Below, in pieces: positions 13,041-28,698 of a stretch of DNA of 64,000 bases. Made by a program: the position numbers and the translations under genes. Position 1 is the first letter of the stretch, and each line of letters starts with the position of its first letter. Source of the stretch: Batkoa obscura (taxonomy: Eukaryota); contig JASVEC010000024.1 of the NCBI GenBank assembly GCA_030770535.1, forward strand, positions 124,001 through 188,000, given 5' to 3'. The notes beneath the pieces are model-generated. The model was not told the DNA's origin, did no database searches, and saw only the letters and a list, made by a program, of their open reading frames with translations.

Positions 13041-14531
13041 ATGGAAGCGTGGAATTTAATTGAAAGTGATCCAGGTGACTATTTGAAATAACAATAATGA
13101 AGAATAAACATAATATACTAAACTAATAATTATAAAAAGAGGTATTCACCAATTTAATCCATAAACTTGGAGTCAATGGAGTGCAAGCAAAAGAGATTCA
13201 TATAATGGACCAATTTTTAGAAGATGAAAAAAAGTAAACTTTAATATAAAGCTTCCCTTGAAAATAATTTCTATTAACTTTCACTAAAATAGTCAAGTCT
13301 ATGGCTTAATATTTTGTTTTAAATGGGAAAATAGAAAAGATACACAACTTGAAGAGAACTATACCTCTGATCAAAACATTTATTTTCCACAACAAGTAAG
13401 TTCCATTTGGGTCTATCTTCAACCATCAAAAATATTAGTTAGATTATTAATATAAATTTAGATCATCACTAATGCTTGTGCTACTCAAGCTATTTTATCC
13501 ATCTTATTTAATAATAAAAAGATTGAACTTGGTGCTGACTTGACTCAATTTAAAGAATTCTCATTGGACTTTCCTGCTGATGTGAGACATAACAGCATTT
13601 CCTAAATTATAGGAAACTCACTAACTATCCCTCTTTTTTTTAGTTAAAAGGAGAAATGATTGGAAGTTCGGATTTAATTCGTAATACTCATAATTCGTTT
13701 TCAGGGTAAGAGATTAAATAGACAAAGTATATAAAAGAAAATTAATTAATAATATAGTTCGGATGATTTCATATCTCAATGGTATAAAGAACATCTAAAT
13801 GAAGTATATAAAGATCGACCCAAAGAAGATGCATTTCATTTTTCCTCTTTCTTACCAATTAACAATCAATTATTTGAACTAGATGGTTTAAAAAGAGGAC
13901 CTATAGAACATGGTAAGTTTTTAAAATGTTATTGAAACAGAATGAAAATGAGTTTTTTTAAATTGTTTTTACTATTAGGTCCAATTAATAATGAAAATTG
14001 GGTAATTCAAGCATTTGATATTATTAGAAAAAAAATTGAAAGGTGATATGCTATGTTGATATTAACTATTATTGTATGTTTGTTAACTTATTATAATAGC
14101 TATGGTGGTGCAGAATTAAGATTTAATTTAATGGCAATTACAGAAGATGAAATTGATATTTTAAAGAAAAAAATTCAATTATTAGAAAATCAATTAATGG
14201 AAAATGTAAGTTATTAATAAATTTTTAAAGGTAAATTAATTGATTGTTTTGTTATTATTATGATAGCCAAATGAGAGTGTATTACAGTATCAATTAATTG
14301 AATTAAAAGATCAATTGGAATACTCCGATAGATTAAGACAGAAATCAAAGGTAAAATAAGAGAATTATTTTTTTATTTTTTTAGAATTATTTTTTATGTA
14401 TATAATGTTTTTAGGTGAATTTAGATATCTCTTCTCATAATTTTATACCTTTTCTTTTTAATGTACTTGGTGAAGCAGCCAAAAACAATCGACTTGGGCC
14501 TATTTTAGAGAAATCAAATAAAAAAGAATAG
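13041..14531 (+). CDS. UCHL5: Ubiquitin C-terminal hydrolase, UCH37/UCHL5 type, multi-exon
   Basis: WNLIESDP, catalytic [35 protein letters not shown]-terminal HNFIPF. Confidence 0.85.
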
Positions 14532-14764
14532 TTATAATGGAAGGTTTAAATAAAGAATTTGTAATAGTTATTACATAATAATAAGTTATGAACAAGTTTT
14601 TTTCATTTTTAAGGGATAGTATTTGTACTTTAATTTTATATAAATTGAACTTTTGAGTTTTTTGTTTATTCTTAATATTAAAAGTTAATTGGTTAAAATA
14701 ACAAATAGATAGATTAAATATTAAAAATACACAATAGAAATTGTTTTAAATAACATTAATAAAG

Positions 14765-16102
14765 ATGAGGACAGTATTACGTACACCGATAGCATTAACA
14801 TCTAAGATATTTAAACCAACTATAAAGTTTAACTTAACTTCAATCAATTATAAACTATATCAAAATAATCCATTATTAATTACATTAACAAAACCCATAA
14901 ACACTAAAGTAGAAGCCAATGAAACGTTACTTCCTAACAACAATCTCACCCCCACTCCTATTTCAAAACCATTTACATTAAAGCCATATATGGAACTAGC
15001 ACGTATGGATAAACCCATTGGTACCATGTTATTATTATGGCCATGTAGTAAGTAGCCATTATTAATTAAAAATTCTCCTTTAGTAATTGTTTGAAATATA
15101 GTTTGGAGTATTGGTATGGCTAGTTACCATCTTCAATCGGACCTCAGTACCATGCTTTACACTACTACTCTCTTTACAACTGGTGCTTTTATCATGCGTG
15201 GTGCTGGTTGTACTATTAATGATTTATGGGATGTTAAATATGATAAAAAAGTAGAAAGAACCAAGACACGACCAATAGCAAGCGGAACGCTAACTCGATA
15301 TCAAGCGTTCAAATTTTTAGGAGTTCAATTATCCGCTGGTTTAGCTATTTTATTACAATTAAATAATTATTCCATTGTATTAGGGGCATCATCTTTGGCT
15401 TTAGTTGTAATTTATCCATTGATGAAAAGGGTAACTTATTGGCCTCAGTTCACATTAGGTAAGTTAAGATATTAAAATTCTTATTTTAAAATGAAATAAT
15501 TTAATTTCTAAATTAAACTTTTATAGGATTAGCTTTTAACTGGGGTGCTCTATTAGGTTGGTCTGCTATGGTAGGTCATTGCAATTGGAATATTGTATTA
15601 CCATTATATTGTGCTGGTATATCTTGGACTTTAGTTTATGATACTATTTACGCTCATCAAGTAACCTTATTTAACTAACCATTTATTTATCTTTAACCAT
15701 GACCTTTTCCTTTTATTATAGGATAAACTTGATGACGTTAAAGTTGGAGTCAAATCTACTGCATTGTATATGGGTGATCAAACTAAATTCTATCTCTCTG
15801 GATTCAGTGCTATTACCCTATCTATGTTAACACTCTCTGGGTATTTAAATGGTCATGGAGTACCCTTCTTTTTAGGTACAATAATAGGTGGTGGTAGCCA
15901 TTTATATTGGCAATTAAAAACAGTGGATTTAAATAATACCAAACAATGTTGGGAGAAATTTAAATCAAATAATACATTTGGGGCTATTATTGCAGCGGCC
16001 ATTTTAGCCGATTTATTATGGTTGAAAATGGCCGAAGTTAAAGAAGAGAAAATGACCGAAGTTAAAGAAGAGAAAAGAATTAATAAGGAATTAAAAGTTT
16101 AG
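14765..16102 (+). CDS. COQ2: 4-hydroxybenzoate polyprenyltransferase, mitochondrial (4 exons)
   Basis: [43 protein letters not shown]; basic N-terminal presequence. Confidence 0.95.
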
Positions 16103-16916
16103 CTATAAAATTAGATTTGTTTATTGTTTTATGTTTTTTAGTGCTACTTTTTAGTATGACGGTTTAAGGTACTTATGAAGGGTTTTAATAAAGTTCATTT
16201 GATACTATAGGGTGAATATTTAATTAAATAGATTTGTATTATTATAATGAGATTTTAAAATTAAAAATTATACGTTTAATAAAATATCCATTACTATAAT
16301 AAAAATATTAATGAATTACACTATTAAAGTAATCATAAATCTTTTTGATAATAGAATTGATTAAACTAATACTCATTATATTAAGTGTTAAATGCTTACT
16401 ATATCTTTTATCATTCATTATAGAAGTTTAAGCTTTGATACTTAATTAATAAGTTGAAATAAAATAATATACTATTAATTTATATCATTATGCCTTTCTA
16501 TACTTTAAATTATATATAAAGCTATGACAATATAAAAATAATGCTTTAAACATAAATTTCAAAATGCCAAACAATTAAAATAAACATTAATCAGTATAAT
16601 AGCTTTTTTGAAGAGAGTTCTATTAATATGTGTAAATATGATACAAACTGATAAATATTAATAGGTTGGATTTTTAAAAAATTAACAATATTGAACTAAT
16701 AAGTTAAATACATTAAACTATGTTATTTTAAATTTTTTAGTCAGTCTTGTTATACATTAATCATCATATTTGTTAGCTAAATTATGAAAAAATAGGACGA
16801 TTAATGTGAAATAGATTGAATAAACTAATAACGACACTTCTAATTTATTTCCTTAATTAGCTATCAAAGAATCCCAAAATTGGTCATCCAACTCCTTTTT
16901 AAATTGTTGAAATTAA

Positions 16917-17020
16917 ATGTGGGAGTGTTTTTTGGTTTCATTACTTTTTCCATTTTTTGAGTGCTATTTAAGTGGAAAAATCGTTAGCAAAATTATTAAA
17001 CAAAAAAATACATCCTCATA
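16917..17020 (-). mobile_element. MITE-like copy ~40 bp upstream of the ORC1 ATG
   Basis: GGGAGTGTTTTTTGGTTTCATTAC...AAAATACATCCTCATA matches the reverse consensus. Confidence 0.8.
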
Positions 17021-17061
17021 CTAATTTATTATCAATTTCTAAAACTTAGATTGAATTTACT

Positions 17062-20000
17062 ATGAATCAAAACAATAATTCAATCAACTTAGCTGTAGAT
17101 AATGATATTAATACTCAACAAGAGCAAATCATGGATGGTGATCAACCTCAGCAACTTACAAAAAAGAAAGATGGACCAAAGAAAGGTAGACCAAAGAAAG
17201 CGAATTTAAATGGAAATAAACAAAATGTCAATATTGACGGTAAAGATGTTTCAAATGGAGTAAATGAGCTTGAAAAGAATATTGGTAAAGATAATGAAGC
17301 AACCAAGGTTAATAATGCAATTAAGAAAAGAGGGAGACCAAAGAAAACGGTATTAAATGTAGATGAAAAAAATGATGCTAAGAGTAAAGATAAAGGTATA
17401 ATAAAAGAGAGTAGAGTAGTAGATGAAGAAGATAAAGTGGATAGTAACAAAGATAAAGTAGGATATAATAAAGATGGAGTAGATGATAATGGAGATAATA
17501 AATTAACTAACAATAATACAGTTAATAAACGAGGTAGACCAAAGAAAGTAACTTTTGATATAGTTGATAATGAAAAAGAAACAAATGAAGATGGTATAAA
17601 AGGCAACAGTGAAAAGAAAAAACGAGGAAAAATCGCGAAGAGCGATTTAAAAGAAGTAAAAGATAATGAAGTAAACGAAAACGTTATTAAAAATGATTCC
17701 AAAAAGAAGAAATTAGGTATAACAAAGAAAATTATTTTAGATAAAGTTAATGATAAAGAGAAGTTAAAAGAGAATGTTATTAAAAATAACAATGAAGTTA
17801 AAAAAAAAGGTAGACCAAAGAAAACAAATTTGAGTGAAATAAAAGCTAATAAGGGTATTAGTATTGTTTTATTAGATCAAACAGAAAACCCAATTTTACT
17901 AAATAAAAATCAAGACGAAGAAACTTTCAACATAATTCCAACTAGTGATAAAGATAAATCAATCGAGGTAAATAAAAAACATATAGAAAATACTCAATTG
18001 AGTGGCATTATTGAAAAAAAAGGACGAGGTAGACCAAAGAAAAATGAGATAAGTAAACTAATAATTGGTAGGAACATTATCATTATTTTTATTAAATTTA
18101 ATCAAAGATTTAATTTTATTAGATAAAAGTAAAGATAATGAAGCTTTTAATGTAATTACGATTACTCACCCAGAGAACACAACTGAAGTAAATCATGAAA
18201 ATATAGAGGATAACATATCAAATGAAACTATTGAAAAGAAAGGACGAGGTAGACCGAAATTAAATAAAGAATTGATGCCACTTGCTAATATCAAAGATAT
18301 TGGTTTACCAGCTATTATTGTAAAAAAGAGAGGACGACCATCATTAAAATCAAAACTTAATGCTATGCTTAATACTAATGGTAAAAAGAAACGTGGAAGG
18401 CCAAAGCTTTTGGATCAAAATTCAATAGTAAATATTGCTAATTTGAAAAATCGACTTGGGTTGAGTGATAATATTGGAAATAATCCAGTTAAAAAAAGAG
18501 GTAGGCCACGTAAAGATGAGGGTCTAGTTGAAACAACTGTTGATAATACAGAGAAATTAATTAATAGTAAGTTTTTAATTTTTAGTTTTAATTTGCTTAT
18601 AAATTAATGATTTTTTAGCTATTCAAATAATTGAAGAATTAGAAAATCAAAGAGGGATTGAAAAGGATCAAAATGAAAATCAAGAGAAAGAAACTGAAAA
18701 AGAAGTTGAAAATACATCTTACATCAATCGTAGTATGGAAGACAGTATTCAATACCAAGAAATTCGTAAAAAATTACATGTATCTAATATACCAGAAGAA
18801 TTACCAGGTAGAGAAAAAGAATATCAAGAAATATTAATTCATTTATCATCAGCTATTAAAGATAAGGTTTCATGTTGTTTATGTAATAAGATTTAACACA
18901 GTAATTTTGTATGAGCAATTATTGATGTCATTTTTTTAGATATTGCTGGTGTACCAGGTACAGGTAAAACAGTAACAGTTAAAAAAGTGATTAATAAATT
19001 GGAACAATCAGCTAAATTAAAGGTATAGTAAATATGTATACTATCTAATAATAATAAGTTGTATTTAATTAAAAAAATATTACAGAAACTTGAAGCATTC
19101 AATTATTTAGAAATCAATGGAATGCAATTAAGTGAGCCCAATCAAATCTATTCCAAATTATGGCAAGCATTTACTGGGGATAAATTTTCAGATATGCATG
19201 CTTTAAATTGTTTAAATGAATATTTTGAAGATAAAAGAAAAATTCAAAATAATAAACTATGGTAAATAATAAATAATAATAAATAACAAATAATAAATAA
19301 TAATAAATAATAATTTAATAGGGTCATAGTTATTGATGAATTAGATTTATTAATGAATAAAAGTCAAAGTATATTATATAATTTATTTGAATGGCCATTT
19401 AAAAAACATGGTAAAATGGTATTAATAACAATAGCAAATACAATGGATTTACCAGAAAGATTATTGGAAAATAAAGTAGCATCAAGATTAGGATTAACAC
19501 GAGTATTATTTAATCCATATACATTTCAGCAATTACAAATTATTATCCAACATCGATTATCTCAATTTAATGTATTTTATGATGATGGTAAATATTCAAT
19601 TTTAATAGAATTAAAGTTAAAAATATTAATATTAATAAAACTTGTTTTCATTTATTTATTTTAGGTGGTATTGAAATTTGTTCACGTAAAGTAGCCGCTA
19701 TCTCTGGGGATGCTAGAAGAGTCTTAGATATTTGTAGGTAAAGCAAAGAAATTAGTTGGTATATTGTAATAATCCTGAATATTAACTTTTAAATAACATA
19801 GGAGAGCAGTTGAAATATTAGAAAATGATATTGAATTTCAATACAAAAACAAATTAAGTATTAAATTAATTAATACAGTAATTAAAGAAATGTATCAAAG
19901 TCCAATAATTAAAGTCATACAAACAATTAATTTATATCAAAAATTAATATTAATTGCATTTAAAATATTAAATCAACAAAATCAATTAATTGAATATGAA

Positions 20001-20231
20001 GTTAATGAATTATTATTATGTTTTTTAAATTTATCTTATTTTGTTAAAAAAAATCAAAAAGTCATTAAAGGGGATTTTTTAAAGAATTTAGCTTTTCTTA
20101 TTGATTCAGGTTTAATTCATAATTCTACTCAACCTAAATTATCAATTCATTCTCTTATTTCGTTGAGTTTTAGAGTTGAGGATATTGCTATTGCACTTAA
20201 AAATAGTCCTGAATTAAGTATCTATTTTTAA
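17062..20231 (+). CDS. ORC1: Origin recognition complex subunit 1 with an N-terminal nine-AT-hook array
   Basis: Exons 17062-18067 and 18123-18566 splice in phase 1 to 18619 onward. Then LHVSNIPEELPGRE, Walker A GVPGTGKT, Walker B IVIDELD, IANTMDLPER, KVAAISGDARRVLDICRRA (Orc1 rather than Cdc6 signatures). Confidence 0.88.
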
Positions 20232-20275
20232 CAAATAAAATAAAGTAATAAAAAATGTTATTTATTTATTTATTT

Positions 20276-21375
20276 TTATTCATTTAACCAATTTGGATTG
20301 TTTAATATAAAATTTAAACATTGCTCTAAATTTAAATTCAATTTCAATAATAGCTTTCTTAGTTTGAAATCAACTATTTCACTTTCATCTTTCTGTAATC
20401 CTAATATCCCTTTTAGCTCCAACACTAATTCATCTGGAATTAAAACTTCATCCCCTTCTTCACTCACTGCATAAACTTCACAAAAATAGTTTACTTGTTT
20501 TTGGAATTGAGAATAATTTGTTAAATATAATTTAGCTACTTCAGCATCCTATAAATTCAAAAAAATAAAAATAATTAATAAAATCCTTAAGGTTTAAGTT
20601 ACAGGCTTAAATTAACTAGATAAAAAAAATTACCTGTGGATCACTTGGTTCTGGTGATTGTAGTAACACAATAATAGATAATATTAATTTGTTCAAACTT
20701 AATATTGGTGACCAATTATTAGATAATAGATCAAGGCAAATATAACCCTAATTGAGTCCAAGAAATAATAATAAAATTAGTATACTTCATTATTACATGG
20801 GGATGTATTTTTTTGCTTAACAATTTTACTAACAATCTTTCTACTCAAATACCGCTTAAAAAATGAAAGAAGCAATGAAACCAAAAAAAACATCCCCCTA
20901 TGTTATTGATAATAAATAGAAATAGAAATAGAAATAAAATGATTGAAAAAAATATTACCGTTTCTGAAGAGATATTAGGATGTAGGATTTTAGTATCAAA
21001 TTGAACTTTAGGCGCTGAAAAGGGATAATTTTTCTATTAATTTTAAAATGTTATTAAAATAAAATAAAATTTCCATTAATTTTTTTACTTTGTATTTTTT
21101 TATTTGATACAAAAATAATAATAGAATACTTACCGATAGCTTAATGCTTAATTGAAAGATACCAGCTATTTTTAGAAATATTAATTATTTGAAATAATCT
21201 ATTTATTTATTTTTTCAATTAAAAAAAATTTACGATAATAAATACTATCTTTAGGTGGTAAAAATCGAACTTGAATTTCTTCAAATAAATCTTCTTTTCT
21301 TTTAACTATTACTCTAGGTTCTTTACTGATATCTTCCAAATCTTGAATTTCTTTAACAATTCTTTTAAAATCCAT
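20276..21375 (-). CDS. UBC1: Ubiquitin-conjugating enzyme E2, UBC1/UBE2K-like with C-terminal extension, multi-exon
   Basis: [51 protein letters not shown]. Confidence 0.8.
20797..20901 (+). mobile_element. MITE-like copy inside the E2 gene intron 20748-20958
   Basis: ATGGGGATGTATTTTTTTGCTTAACAATTTTACTAAC...AAAACATCCCCCTAT. Confidence 0.85.
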
Positions 21376-21534
21376 TTCATAAAAATATTAAAAATAAAGA
21401 ATAAAAAACTAGTCACAAATAATTTAAGTTAAAAAATTTCTATCACAATAAACTCAGTAATTAAAAAAATTCATAAAATTGTACCAATCAAATATAAATT
21501 TTTATTTCAGCCAATTAAATTCAACATCGAAATT

Positions 21535-24576
<3,042 letters not shown>

Positions 24577-24776
24577 CTTCTTTTTTTATTAAATTATTAA
24601 ATCGGTTTTTAATTAAATGTCAATTTAAGATTTTTTCTCAATTTTTGTCAAAAATTGAGCCAATCTTTATTTAGAAAAAAAAATCAAAAAATTAAAACTA
24701 CCAAAAAGAATCATTGTTTTAAGCATAATTCAATATTTTTATTTTAATTTTAAAATCAATTGCATTTAATTATCAT

Positions 24777-26458
24777 TTAAAGACGGGAATCAGCACTTGA
24801 AATAGTTAAAATATCATTATAGCAAAGAGAAGTTAAGAAATCAGCATAATCTTTACCAACAATTTGTTGCTTGAAGTATTCTTTAGCCTTTGGGAACTTA
24901 CTTTGGAAAAATTTATCTCCCATTTGTTGATGTAATTTATTGACTTCTTCATCCAATATTTGTGTCAAATACTCTGGTGTTACTTTTTGACCTTCCGAAG
25001 TAACTACTTGATGATGAGCCCATTGCCAAAGTTGAGATCTAGATATTTCAGCTGTAGCTGCATCTTCCATTAAATTATGAATTGGAACACAACCTACTCC
25101 ACGCAACCAAGATTCAATATAAGCTAAACCAACAGAAATATTTGAACGTATACCGGTTTCAGTAATTCTACCACTAACTTTAGTATTTAATAAATCAGCA
25201 GCAGTGATTTCGACATCATCTCTAGAAATATAAAGTTGGTTAGGTCCATGCATATTTTGTTTAAAGATTTCTTGAGCAACGGATACTAAAGCTGGATGAG
25301 CTACCCAAGTACCATCATGACCTGCTTTAACTTCTCGAAGTTTGTCATTTTTAACTTTATCCATAGCAGCACGATTAGCAGTTTCATCATTTTTAATTGG
25401 AATTTGAGCAGCCATACCACCCATAGCATGAACTCCTCTCTTATGACATGTTTTAATTAATAATCGTACATAAGCATCCATAAAGGGACTGGTCATAGTC
25501 ACATCAGAACGATCGGGTAATACAAAGGTAGGATCAAATCGGAATTTTTTAATAAATGAAAAGATATAATCCCAACGACCACAATTTAAACCAGAAGAAT
25601 GTTCTCTTAATTCATAAATAATTTCCTCCATTTCAAAACCAGCTAATATAGTTTCAATTAATACAGTACCACGGATAGTACCTCTTTGCATACCAATGGT
25701 ATCTTGAGCAAGGTTAAAGATATTGTTCCATAAACGAGCTTCTAAATAAGATTCCATTTTTGGAAGGTAAAAGTAAGGTCCTTGGTTTGCTTTTAAAGAT
25801 GAAAAAGCATTATGGAAAAAGTATAATCCAAAATCAAAAATAGAACCAGAACAAGGTTCATCATCAATAAGTAAATGTTTCTCTTCTAAATGCCATCCCC
25901 TTGGACGTACTAATAAAGTACAAATCTTACCATCCTTCTTTAATTCATAACGTTTTCCTTCTGGTGAAGTAAATGAAATGGTGCGTAAAAGGGCATCTCT
26001 CATATTTATTTGACCATTGAGACAATTATCCCAAGTTGGTGAAGTGGAATCTAAAACCAGCATTAATTATAATTAATAAATCAAAATTAATAATTACCTT
26101 CAAAATCAGCCATAAAAGTATCAGCTCCGGAATTCAAAGCATTTATAACCATTTTACGATCAACAGGCCCAGTAATTTCAACAGTACGATTAACGAGACC
26201 AGGGGCAGGAACAGCAGCCTTCCAAGTAGGATCATTACGAATATGTTCCGTTTCTTTTAAAAAGTTAGGTAATTCTCCATTACGAATGCGTACTTCTCTT
26301 TCTTCTCTTGCTTTTAATAATGCTTTACGGGTAGGGTTAAAAGTACGATGTAATACAGCTACGAATTGAATCGCTTCTGGTGTTAAAATAGTTTGCTGTT
26401 CAGCATTAACTTTACCCAATATTTTAACACCGGGTACATTGACTTGATAGTTACTCAT
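24777..26458 (-). CDS. MLS1: Malate synthase (glyoxylate cycle), 2 exons, peroxisomal PTS1 -SRL
   Basis: [17 protein letters not shown] spanning the intron, [38 protein letters not shown]. Confidence 0.95.
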
Positions 26459-27392
26459 TGTTTATAAATTTATTTGTAGTTTTAATAATAGTTCAAAAGA
26501 AATAAAAAATAATTTTTTAAAGGCTTACTATGAGCTTTATATTTATATTATTAACTCTAATGTATAATTTTAATTAAGACGCTTACTATCGTTTTCATTG
26601 GTTAAATTGATAGGGATGTTTCAAAAAAAGTTAGAATGTTTCCAATCAAACTTTGACTTTCAAATGTCAAACAAGCTTTTGATTTCAACCATATTGAGTT
26701 TGAATTTTTAAGGTAAAGAATAGCCGTCACGCTTTAATTTATTTTAGCGCTCTTTTTTTTTGATTTGATGGAAAATGAACGAAAAATGACGTGAAAGTTA
26801 TTCTTTTTTAATAGTTTAATTTTTTTCGATAGCTTAATGCTAGCTGAGGTGCTAATTGTTGTTTTATTTGATAAAGTGCTATCAATTAAATGTTATTTAC
26901 AGTAATAACAACTATAAATAAAACGGAGTTAGACTTTTAGTATGGATAGTTATTATAACACTTTGTAATATTAAAAATATACCAAATTTAAATAATAAGT
27001 GTTTGACTACTATTCAATCTGAAACAGATACCTAATTTATAGAATTCATACTTATATAGCATAGCGCATATAATAAGTGATAAAAAAAGTAAATAACAAC
27101 ATGTAAAGATAATAATTAATATTATCTATAAATCACAAATAAACTTTTTGCTTTTGATATTTTAAGTCTTTTCAGTAGAATCATTAAAGGTAGTGTTTAT
27201 AAAGTTAAGCTAATTCTACAAAGCTGAATGTGTGTTTTATAAACATTGTTTGAATTTATACCTTTATTAAAGAAAAATTATAAAGCTCAAAAGCCCATGG
27301 AGTTTATTCCTTGCATACTTTTGACAGTCTTTTTAATAAACCCTATAAATTTCTATAGTAAGAATTTATGATTTTTTTGACTTTTTATAAAA

Positions 27393-27513
27393 TATATGGG
27401 GATGTTTTTTTTGGCTTCATTACTTTTTCCATTTTTTAAGCGCTATTTGAGTGGAAAAATTGTTAATAAAATTGTTAATAAAATTGTTAAACATAAAAAT
27501 ACATCCCCATATA
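27393..27513 (-). mobile_element. MITE-like copy with an internal 12-bp tandem duplication (AAATTGTTAATA)
   Basis: TATATGGGGATGTTTT...AATACATCCCCATATA with intact terminal inverted repeats. Confidence 0.9.
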
Positions 27514-27648
27514 TATATTTGTATTTTAAAAATATCAAAAATTAAATTTCTACTAATTATAATTTAAGCATATACATATTATATACTATAAGACTTTGAT
27601 TTTTTTTAAAATTTCTACTTTTATAAAGTTGATTAAAAACTGGTAAAA

Positions 27649-27755
27649 ATATGAGAGTGTTTTTTTGACTTCATTATTTTTTCCATTTTTTAAGCGCTAT
27701 TTGAGCGGAAAGTCTGTTAGTAAAATTGTTAAACACAAAAATACATCCCCATATA
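27649..27755 (-). mobile_element. MITE-like copy (GAGAGTG-end variant)
   Basis: ATATGAGAGTGTTTTTTTGACTTCATT...AATACATCCCCATATA. Confidence 0.88.
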
Positions 27756-28169
27756 TTAGTAATTTGTTATAATTTATAATTTTATATAAAGAAATATAAA
27801 AAAGTATAAAGATAATTTTTAATAAAAATTTTGTAAACTCTATTTTTTTGCTAATAACTAATAATAATTTATTTAAATAAATTTTGAAAGCAGCTTTGTT
27901 AGTTAATTTGAATTAGAATTACTGATTTGTTATTAAATAATTAATTAAATAATTTTAAACTGATTATTAAAAGTGTATTAAACTATTTTTAATATCATTT
28001 ACTTAAATTTACCTGTAATTTTAAACTTATTGCTTTTAAATTATTATTATTATATATAATAATTTCTATAAATTTTTTTTTTTAAACTGTTATAAATTTG
28101 TAAACTTTGTTGATTTGATTTTTTTAAGTATACAATTAAAATTTTTATTTTAAACTTTAATCTATAAGC

Positions 28170-28569
28170 TGTGAAATATCGCTTTGTCAGTCCCATGGTT
28201 AATTATTTTGATTTGTTATGAGAATTTCTAGTTCCACCCAAAAGAATATTATCTTCTCATTTTGATACTTATACTTTTCAGAGTATAAAAGAGTTTACAG
28301 AATATAATAGTTCGAGGCTTTTTAACTGAATTAATCCCTGATATCTCGAACATTTAATAAAGCCACTAAGTTTTCTTAATAGTATTTTACATAGATTTTA
28401 CATTAGTATTGTCTATTCTATTTGTCTTATATAGCTTGTAACCTATTACGTGCTATTCCTCATAACCCAAGTCTATCTTAGTCACATAAACTAAGACCTT
28501 TTGACTTATAGTGTAGTCAACCCAGCAATAGCTGTTCTTGACTCCAAACCCTGAGTACCAGATTTCACA
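28170..28569 (+). repeat. 5' LTR (400 bp)
   Basis: TG...CA ends with an 8-bp terminal inverted repeat; no difference from 35323-35722 found by eye. Confidence 0.97.
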
Positions 28570-28571
28570 TT

Positions 28572-28589
28572 TGGCGCTCATAACTGGGA
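28572..28589 (+). promoter_or_regulatory. Primer binding site (tRNA 3'-end complementary)
   Basis: TGGCGCTCATAACTGGGA 2 nt after the 5' LTR; TGG pairs with tRNA CCA and implies discriminator G; cognate tRNA not identified. Confidence 0.7.
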
Positions 28590-28698
28590 AAGCTCTTATA
28601 ACTATTTTAGATAGCCTTTATAATCTTTCCTTTACGGTCCTTACCGCGTAACCACCCCAAACAAAGAAAAACCCCCTTAACCTCCTTAATTCTCAACT

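Noticed and set aside
16025..16076. 24-bp tandem duplication in the COQ2 tail ([16 protein letters not shown])
   Set aside because: Ordinary in-frame slippage in a non-conserved C-terminus.
17148..17792. 214-aa hydrophobic minus-strand ORF
   Set aside because: Antisense shadow of the Lys/Glu-rich ORC1 AT-hook exon.
18619..20231. AAA+ gene as CDC6
   Set aside because: LHVS..P..LPGRE, IANTMDLPER and SGDARR fit Orc1 better than Cdc6.
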